Below, piece by piece: positions 1 through 4,904 of a DNA stretch of 17,947 nucleotides. Where the stretch lies: the IMG/VR virus record IMGVR_UViG_3300045988_020090, positions 1 to 17,947 of that record. One strand, written 5' to 3'. Below the pieces are notes generated by a model. It saw only the letters and a program-made list of their open reading frames with translations, had not been told where the DNA came from and searched no databases. Origin of the DNA: a virus. The translations under genes and the position numbers were made by a program. Position 1 is the first letter of the stretch, and the number at the start of each line of letters is the position of its first letter.

Positions 1-26
1 TTCCCTACACGACGCTCTTCCGATCT
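1..26. other. Sequencing-adapter remnant (Illumina TruSeq universal/Read-1 adapter tail); not phage DNA
   Basis: Bases 1-26 read TTCCCTACACGACGCTCTTCCGATCT, which I recognise as the 3' part of the Illumina universal adapter. The exact reverse complement closes the window. Confidence 0.95.
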
Positions 27-60
27 GGGCCCCCAGCAGCTATCCTTTTTCCACAACTGT

Positions 61-266
61 TCTGTTGTGTGTTTTGCTATTGCTCTCTGTTCTGTGTTTT
101 TTGTTGTCGTTCTTGTTGTGCTTTTTTTGTCCCGTCTCTGGTGCTTCTTGTGTTTGCTGGCTTTTTTTCGTTGTCGTTTCTGCTTGTTGTTTTGTCTGCG
201 TTTTTTATCTCGTTGTTTTTTTATCGTTTTTTGTGTTGTTGGGTGTGTTGTGTTTTGTGGTGGTGT
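61..266 (+). other. A-depleted T/G-rich tract inside the left ITR (mirror, T-depleted on the + strand, at 17682-17887)
   Basis: My hand count finds 3 A in 206 nt (positions 79, 207, 223) and none at all in 80-206. T runs of 6-7 nt start at 97, 122, 162, 201, 216 and 227. Confidence 0.9.
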
Positions 267-300
267 ATTATGTAATTGTCAGCCAAGGAGTACGGAAAGG

Positions 301-528
301 ATGGTAGTTGAGATGACTGGTATTTCTGTTCGTTTTGAGACTGGTGAGCTGGGCGGAAAGGAGGTTCTTATCTTGCGCTATCGTCTAAGGGGGTTTGTGA
401 TTGTAAAATTCTTCACTGAAACGTATGATTCTTGTTCTGGTGAGGTTTGTTCGGCTATGGATAATATGGTGGGCTTTGTTTATCGCTTGATGGGGTTTGT
501 TTCTGAGCGTCCTGAGTACTCCTATTGA
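301..528 (+). CDS. Hypothetical ITR-encoded protein, 75 aa (left copy)
   Basis: An ATG at 301 is preceded by AAGGAG (285-290) and GGAAAGG (294-300). From MVVEMTGISVRFETGELGGKEV onward the sequence has normal protein-like composition. This contrasts with the C/F/L/V-only upstream part of ORF 67-528, which is a no-stop artefact of the A-free tract. Confidence 0.5.
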   Translation: MVVEMTGISVRFETGELGGKEVLILRYRLRGFVIVKFFTETYDSCSGEVCSAMDNMVGFVYRLMGFVSERPEYSY

Positions 529-550
529 AAAAGAGTGAAGGTGATAGATA

Positions 551-811
551 ATGTGGTGTTTTACTGTTACGCCTGATGATTTTACGGTGTTCGAGTTCAC
601 GTCTGAGTATGTGGGGTCGTATGGGCCATATCCGGCGGATACGTTTAAGAAGGCGCTGGATGGCGTGCTTGACGTTGTTCGCCATGCGTTTGACGGGTTT
701 GATGTGTATGCTGGTTTTGCTTATTCCTCGTTTGACACAAAAACGGGGTTTTTGAATGGTGTTGTTGAAGTGCGTTTGTCGTTTGAAGGGGGATTTGATG
801 ATGGCAAATGA
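551..811 (+). CDS. Hypothetical early protein, 86 aa
   Basis: First ORF after the ITR boundary. A GAAGGTGA Shine-Dalgarno at 537-544 lies 6 nt before the ATG at 551. It is co-directional and tightly packed with its neighbours. I recognise no family. Confidence 0.55.
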   Translation: MWCFTVTPDDFTVFEFTSEYVGSYGPYPADTFKKALDGVLDVVRHAFDGFDVYAGFAYSSFDTKTGFLNGVVEVRLSFEGGFDDGK

Positions 812-1043
812 TGAAGTTGTGGCTGTGGTTCCATCCAAGTTTGAGTCTGGTGATGTGTGTCTGGTGTATTGCCCTTATAATCGGACGTATGAACTGCGGT
901 ATGCGGTGCGGTCTCAGGATGGCGGCGGGCGTCGTTTGGTTTGGTCGGCTGTGACGTTTGATGCGTGTGATTATGCGCAGGTGGCTCATATGTTGGTTGA
1001 TGCGAGGGCGTTGGCTGATACGTCGTTGATTGAGAGGTGTTGA
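798..1043 (+). CDS. Hypothetical early protein, about 81 aa
   Basis: ORF 756-1043. The in-frame ATG pair at 798/801 follows GAAGGGGG (785-792) and overlaps the stop of the upstream gene (809-811), which suggests translational coupling. The start choice is uncertain. Confidence 0.5.
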   Translation: MMANDEVVAVVPSKFESGDVCLVYCPYNRTYELRYAVRSQDGGGRRLVWSAVTFDACDYAQVAHMLVDARALADTSLIERC

Positions 1044-1045
1044 TT

Positions 1046-1555
1046 ATGAAGAGCATTGATGACCGCACAAATTGGTTTGATGATGGTGTTCTGGATGATG
1101 ACCGTGTGCGCCGTGTCGTTCGTGGTCGCCGACGTAATCTGCATTTGCGTGAGTACAATAAAGGTGAGGGTGATTGGGAGACGTTTTGCCGTACTATAGT
1201 ACTGCTCAAGGACTTTTACAAGCCCCAAGGTGGTCAGGTGGCGTTTGCTGACAGTATCGAACATGCGGCGAACATTTGTCTAAGCATCTCGCCAAGTTCG
1301 TCAATGTACGCCGCATTGTCTCGAACTCAGGACATTGAAATGTTGTCCGGGCTTATTTATTGTCCGGCGATGGTGGCGTGGTGCGCGGTCTGTCATGTCA
1401 AGGGCGCGTCGTGCTATGAGATGTGCCGGACGTGGGAGGGTGATGAGTTCGCTCAGACTGTCATCAAAATTGCGTGTCTCCGTTTTGACAATCTGTCCGG
1501 CGTGCAGTATACTGATGGAGACATTACGAGAATGGCACGACAACAGCAATATTAA
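1046..1555 (+). CDS. Hypothetical early protein, 169 aa, with a Cys cluster
   Basis: ORF 1037-1555. The ATG at 1046 follows GAGAGG (1032-1037) and comes just after the upstream stop (1041-1043). It contains CPAMVAWCAVCHVKGASCYEMC, a possible metal-binding cluster. I recognise no family. Confidence 0.6.
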   Translation: MKSIDDRTNWFDDGVLDDDRVRRVVRGRRRNLHLREYNKGEGDWETFCRTIVLLKDFYKPQGGQVAFADSIEHAANICLSISPSSSMYAALSRTQDIEMLSGLIYCPAMVAWCAVCHVKGASCYEMCRTWEGDEFAQTVIKIACLRFDNLSGVQYTDGDITRMARQQQY

Positions 1556-1566
1556 GATAAGGTGGT

Positions 1567-1884
1567 ATGATTATGGCATATATTAAGCGAGCCAAGCACT
1601 ATAGCATTGTGCGCGGCGTTACGCGCAGTGAAAACGGCGAACTCGTGGACACCGAAGTAGTCGTGGATGGCGCGTGCCGCACGCCTGACATGGCTATGAA
1701 AAAAGCCCGTAAGATTAACAGGGACATGCTACCCATGTCCGCCGAGTATCATGCTCAAGCAACGCGCATGGATGAGGCAATCTATTGGGCTAATTGCGAA
1801 TTTGGGGACGATACCATCATCGACTATCCGGGGTCGGTTAACGGCAACGTGGTTGAAGATGATATCATCTCCGAGGAAAAATAA
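1567..1884 (+). CDS. Hypothetical early protein, 105 aa, acidic C-terminus (p6-like only by position and size)
   Basis: AAGGTGG (1559-1565) precedes the ATG at 1567. The C-terminus is VVEDDIISEEK. It sits directly upstream of the SSB candidate, as phi29 gene 6 precedes gene 5 in the direction of transcription. I detect no sequence similarity. Confidence 0.55.
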   Translation: MIMAYIKRAKHYSIVRGVTRSENGELVDTEVVVDGACRTPDMAMKKARKINRDMLPMSAEYHAQATRMDEAIYWANCEFGDDTIIDYPGSVNGNVVEDDIISEEK

Positions 1885-1914
1885 TTACTAACCCTATAAG
1901 GAAAGGCAACACAA

Positions 1915-2352
1915 ATGGCTGACAACGAACTGACCGTAATGAACGGCAACAATTTTGCGGCTAACGGCGCTAACGCCGTATCCCATTTCTTTAACACTGA
2001 CACTATGGATGGCAAAATGGCGCTCTATAACGCCATGCAGACCGCCGACAAGGTAGACGAACATCTTAATGAGCCATTGCATGTGACCAACGTGCTTGCG
2101 CAGGCCATCGAGGTTGCCAACCAAGAGACCGGTGAAATCAACTCATCTACCCGTGTCGTTATCCACGCGGAAGAGGGCGATTTCGCCGCCGCCTCCCCCA
2201 CGCTGGCACACGCTTTCGGTAATCTGTTCGCGATTTTCGGCACGCCGGACACGTGGGACCATCCGCTTGTCCTCAAGGTGGTGGAAAAGAAGAGCCGCCG
2301 TGGATTCAAGTTCTTCGACCTTGAACTAGTGTCGGAAAAAGACCGTGGATAG
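1915..2352 (+). CDS. Candidate single-stranded DNA-binding protein (phage ORF34/Phage_SSB-like), 145 aa
   Basis: AAGGAAAGG lies upstream of the ATG at 1915. The layout resembles phage SSBs of the lactococcal ORF34 type as I remember them: N-terminal NELT..NG, a central V.V....E.....GE core, and a C-terminal FGTPDTWDHPL..V....SRRGFKFFDLELV. Its position matches phi29 gene 5. This is unverified recollection. Confidence 0.4.
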   Translation: MADNELTVMNGNNFAANGANAVSHFFNTDTMDGKMALYNAMQTADKVDEHLNEPLHVTNVLAQAIEVANQETGEINSSTRVVIHAEEGDFAAASPTLAHAFGNLFAIFGTPDTWDHPLVLKVVEKKSRRGFKFFDLELVSEKDRG

Positions 2353-2416
2353 AATATTTGTCTATACCATATGATAGCATGGCAATGTCCCTATAGGGAT
2401 GTTGCCGCCAAACTCA

Positions 2417-2457
2417 CCCCTCGCCGTTTTTTCATCCTTGCGGCGAGGGGTGTTTTA
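2417..2457 (+). terminator. Hairpin with a short T run after the SSB candidate (preceded by a second imperfect hairpin at 2381-2406)
   Basis: CCCCTCGCCG (2417-2426) pairs with CGGCGAGGGG (2441-2450) across a 14-nt loop and is followed by TGTTTTA. GGCAATGTCCCTA/TAGGGATGTTGCC (2381-2406) pairs with two G-U wobbles. Confidence 0.5.
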
Positions 2458-2476
2458 CACTCATAAGGGGGAGGCA

Positions 2477-3421
2477 GTGGCAAAACGTAAAACCAACCGA
2501 CGCGCCAACAATCTGAAACGCAACGCCGCAATCAGGTCGGCACAGGTACGCCGAGAGCAAGCGGTCAGGGATTACAGTACCGGACATCTCCCCAAGCAAA
2601 TCACCGAAACGTTTCTCGGAAAACTCAGCGCCCAACAGCTCGAACAGGTTGCCCGCCGCGTCGGACAGGAATTCGGGGAACAACAGCAAGCCTTGAAGGC
2701 CAGAGATAACGAGCCGTATCAGGTTGTCCCAGATGTGCATATTACGAAACTCGATAGGGAGTTAGCGGCGCGCCCGTTGATTACCGACGCGGAAATCGCC
2801 GCCGCCCCGTCGAAACGTCGGAAGACGTTACGACAGCAACAGCGCCGCCGCATCGAGGTGCGGCAGAAAATCAAACGCGCCCAACAATTCGACGCATTGA
2901 GCATGGCCTGCTACACGGTGGGCGAAATACGTGAAATGGAACGCGCGGGAGAATCCCCGTTTGACGTGTTGGGTACTCATACGGTTGGCGGTTCGGCGCG
3001 CGACGAACTCACACGCAACCGTGCGAACGTGTTCGGCTCGGAGCGCGGCATAAGCCACGCGCGTATGATGATACGAGAGGGAGGCAGGAGGGGACTTGAA
3101 CGTGAGATACTCGAATACGCCGGGCTTATAGGCCGAGCGCCATTACAGGCAGGAGCTAGGCAAATCTCGGGAAGTGAGGGGGTTTCGGATTTTGATAGGG
3201 TCTCGCAACAGCTTGAAGCGTTCGACTCCAACATCGCCCAGAAATTCGCGTCTTTGTCGAACCGTCAAAAACGATGGCTGATAAACAACACGAACTTCAG
3301 CACCGTTGTGCGGGAAGCCTCATGGTATAATGATAAAACACATAAATGGGAGACAAAAGCGGATGCAGGCGATGTAGAGACACGACTTGACGAATGGATG
3401 ACCAGCGCGGCACGACACTAA
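2477..3421 (+). CDS. Candidate terminal (priming) protein, 314 aa
   Basis: ORF 2399-3421. I prefer the GTG at 2477, which follows AAGGGGGAGG (2466-2474), because the longer version would read through the 2417-2450 hairpin. The N-terminus is strongly basic (AKRKTNRRANNLKRNAAIRSAQVRRE) and there is a second basic patch (SKRRKTLRQQQRRRIEVRQKIKR). It lies immediately upstream of the protein-primed polymerase, as phi29 gene 3 does. I see no sequence similarity to phi29 TP. Confidence 0.45.
   Translation: MAKRKTNRRANNLKRNAAIRSAQVRREQAVRDYSTGHLPKQITETFLGKLSAQQLEQVARRVGQEFGEQQQALKARDNEPYQVVPDVHITKLDRELAARPLITDAEIAAAPSKRRKTLRQQQRRRIEVRQKIKRAQQFDALSMACYTVGEIREMERAGESPFDVLGTHTVGGSARDELTRNRANVFGSERGISHARMMIREGGRRGLEREILEYAGLIGRAPLQAGARQISGSEGVSDFDRVSQQLEAFDSNIAQKFASLSNRQKRWLINNTNFSTVVREASWYNDKTHKWETKADAGDVETRLDEWMTSAARH
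3323..3331 (+). promoter_or_regulatory. Perfect extended -10 box TGgTATAAT, about 105 nt upstream of the polymerase start
   Basis: It reads TGGTATAAT at 3323-3331. There is no good -35 (TTGTGC at 3306-3311 is too close). It is one of only two TGnTATAAT matches I found on the + strand, and both precede gene starts. Confidence 0.3.
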
Positions 3422-3436
3422 AAAAAGGATGGAATT

Positions 3437-4897
3437 ATGCGAGAGCGTCGAGCGGCGGCAACAGACGGCGCAACACTCTTGACGGATGACGGCATGGAAC
3501 CATTGACGGCGAACGCCGTCATCCGGCTTACCATGTTCGACTATCATACGCGCGTATGGTGTGCCCATGGGTGGCAGGATATTAAGCCCATAGCCGCCGA
3601 ACTGTTGAAACGACTCCCCTTGCAATCGAATCCAGCCAAGGATGGTGTGTGGGGCACATTTAATATTCGCGGCCACTTCTATAGTTTCCGTGTACGCATG
3701 GGCGGTATCGCCGTGGATTTTGTGGATGTGCGTAATGTCACGCGTGATGATGGCTTGAATGTTTCACGTGAAACATTTGGAGGAACCACCGACTTGGAAA
3801 CCACGTGGAATATCGCGCAGGAATGCGCCGCGCTGAAACTCAGGGGCACGACCATAGCATCAATGGCAATGACCGACTATATCGATGGGGATTACGCCGG
3901 ATTCAAACGTCATTTTCCACCATTGGATAAAGAGGTTTATCATCGGATGCGCCCCGCCTACTATGGGGCGATAGTGTCCAGCAAGCCGGGCGAGTACCGG
4001 GATTGCCGAAGCTGGGATGTAAACAGTCTCTACCCGAGTATCATGCGCGACGCCCCCATGCCGGTAGGCTCGCCAATATGGTACGGCGGGGAATATCAAT
4101 ATGACCCTGATTATCCGCTCCATATCGATGTCATTGCATTTGATGCAAGGTTGAAAACGGGGAAAACGGCGACGCTCACCAATATTCTGCCCGTATGGGG
4201 GTATGAGGGCGAACGTTTGGATAGTACGCTGGGCGTCGTTACCATGCCCGTCACGGATGTGGATTGGGAAACGCTGACCGAAAACTACGATATTCACGTG
4301 TGGGAGCATGTCGGCGGCTGGAAGTTCCGTAAATCGCATGGACTTTATTACACCTACGTTGATAAATGGTTTCACGTGAAACAAACCGCAACCGGAGAGC
4401 GCAGGCAGATGGCGAAACTGTTATTAAACTCACTGGTAGGGAAATTCGGGGCCTCGCTCTACCGGCCCATGTTGCATCCAAAACCGTCTGCGGATGGTGG
4501 CGTGGATTTTACCGTGGACAAACCCGAGTCGGCTAACAGTCTGGCATGGTTGCCGACCGCCGCATATGTCAACGCCTACGGGCGACGAATATTGTCCCGG
4601 GCGATGAACGCGAACGCCGACCGCGTACTCTACGCCGATACCGATGGCATGATATTGGAAGGGTTGGCCGCGCCCTCAGGTATCGAAACGGATGACCGGA
4701 AACTAGGGGCGTGGAAAAACGACCATACCTACGAGAAGCTCCGTATCCTCGGCAATCGCAAATACTGCGGCGTGGAAACAGACGGCGACACCGTCATGCG
4801 TCTGAGCGGCGTGCACCGTGCCGCCCCCATCCCCTATGATGAGTTTCTTCCGGGGGCGCGTCATCTCAATGATGATGGCCACACTTTTATGCTATAA
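3437..4897 (+). CDS. Protein-primed family-B DNA polymerase (phi29 gp2-like), 486 aa
   Basis: - Motif A is WDVNSLYPSIM (D194 at nt 4016).
- Motif B is KLLLNSLVGKFG (K327).
- Motif C is LYADTDGMIL (nt 4631 onward).
- A KxY-like motif is GNRKYCG.
- Long colinear matches to remembered phi29 sequence include FPPLDKEV.. against FPTLSLGLDKEV.., PVGSPIWYGGEYQYDPDYPLHI against PYGEPIVFEGKYVWDEDYPLHI, and KLGAWKNDHTYEKL against KLGYWAHESTFKRA. Confidence 0.93.
   Translation: MRERRAAATDGATLLTDDGMEPLTANAVIRLTMFDYHTRVWCAHGWQDIKPIAAELLKRLPLQSNPAKDGVWGTFNIRGHFYSFRVRMGGIAVDFVDVRNVTRDDGLNVSRETFGGTTDLETTWNIAQECAALKLRGTTIASMAMTDYIDGDYAGFKRHFPPLDKEVYHRMRPAYYGAIVSSKPGEYRDCRSWDVNSLYPSIMRDAPMPVGSPIWYGGEYQYDPDYPLHIDVIAFDARLKTGKTATLTNILPVWGYEGERLDSTLGVVTMPVTDVDWETLTENYDIHVWEHVGGWKFRKSHGLYYTYVDKWFHVKQTATGERRQMAKLLLNSLVGKFGASLYRPMLHPKPSADGGVDFTVDKPESANSLAWLPTAAYVNAYGRRILSRAMNANADRVLYADTDGMILEGLAAPSGIETDDRKLGAWKNDHTYEKLRILGNRKYCGVETDGDTVMRLSGVHRAAPIPYDEFLPGARHLNDDGHTFML
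3758..3777. repeat. 20-bp perfect palindrome AATGTTTCACGTGAAACATT (copy 1 of the GTTTCACGTGAAAC motif)
   Basis: Read directly and self-complementary over all 20 nt. It lies inside the polymerase gene and encodes NVSRETF. Confidence 0.9.
4369..4382. repeat. 14-bp perfect palindrome GTTTCACGTGAAAC (copy 2)
   Basis: Read directly. It lies inside the polymerase gene but in a different codon phase from copy 1 (tgg ttt cac gtg aaa caa = WFHVKQ). Confidence 0.9.
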
Positions 4898-4898
4898 T
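4890..4898 (+). promoter_or_regulatory. Perfect extended -10 box TGcTATAAT overlapping the polymerase stop codon
   Basis: It reads TGCTATAAT at 4890-4898, and the polymerase TAA is at 4895-4897. The -35 is weak. The predicted start near 4905 would transcribe the structured spacer and possibly the late genes. Confidence 0.4.
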
Positions 4899-4904
4899 AT
4901 CCGG

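Larger units (their letters stand above)
27..546. repeat. Left inverted terminal repeat (ITR), 520 bp
   Basis: I reverse-complemented 17402-17921 by hand in blocks and it matched 27-546 at every base. The first mismatch is 547 (g) against the complement of 17401 (t). ORF-track proteins in all three frames (65-307, 67-528, 69-275) are identical to their minus-strand mirrors. Confidence 0.92.

Noticed and set aside
27-29. Whether the terminal GGG, or the ITR as a whole, is an artefact of library preparation or assembly.
   Set aside because: I did not reject this fully. The ITR is flanked by 16.9 kb of unique, coherent phage sequence and ends at sensible gene boundaries, which argues for a real repeat. 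The first few bases next to the adapter cannot be certified without the reads.
97-232. Possible helical phasing of the T6-T7 runs in the ITR (starts at 97, 122, 162, 201, 216, 227), suggesting intrinsically bent DNA.
   Set aside because: The spacings (25, 40, 39, 15, 11) are not consistently multiples of about 10.5 bp. It is only suggestive, so I folded it into the A-free-tract finding rather than claiming it separately.
65-307. Three overlapping + strand ORFs (65-307, 67-300 as part of 67-528, and 69-275), with mirrors at the right end. They encode Cys/Phe/Leu/Val-only 'proteins'.
   Set aside because: They occupy all three frames of the A-free tract. Every stop codon contains A (and T on the other strand), so open frames are unavoidable there. 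The composition is not protein-like. I kept only the part from ATG 301 onward.
385-1264. Minus-strand ORFs across the left end (385-600, 455-838, 645-989, 721-1209, 986-1264).
   Set aside because: They are shadows of the T/G-rich + strand, whose T-poor complement has few stops. Their compositions are His/Thr/Pro/Gln-rich and low in complexity, they lack ribosome-binding sites, and they conflict with the tightly packed + strand genes.
2399-2476. N-terminal extension of the 340-aa ORF (start at 2399).
   Set aside because: It would translate through the 2417-2450 hairpin, and the 2399 start has no Shine-Dalgarno. The GTG at 2477 follows AAGGGGGAGG.
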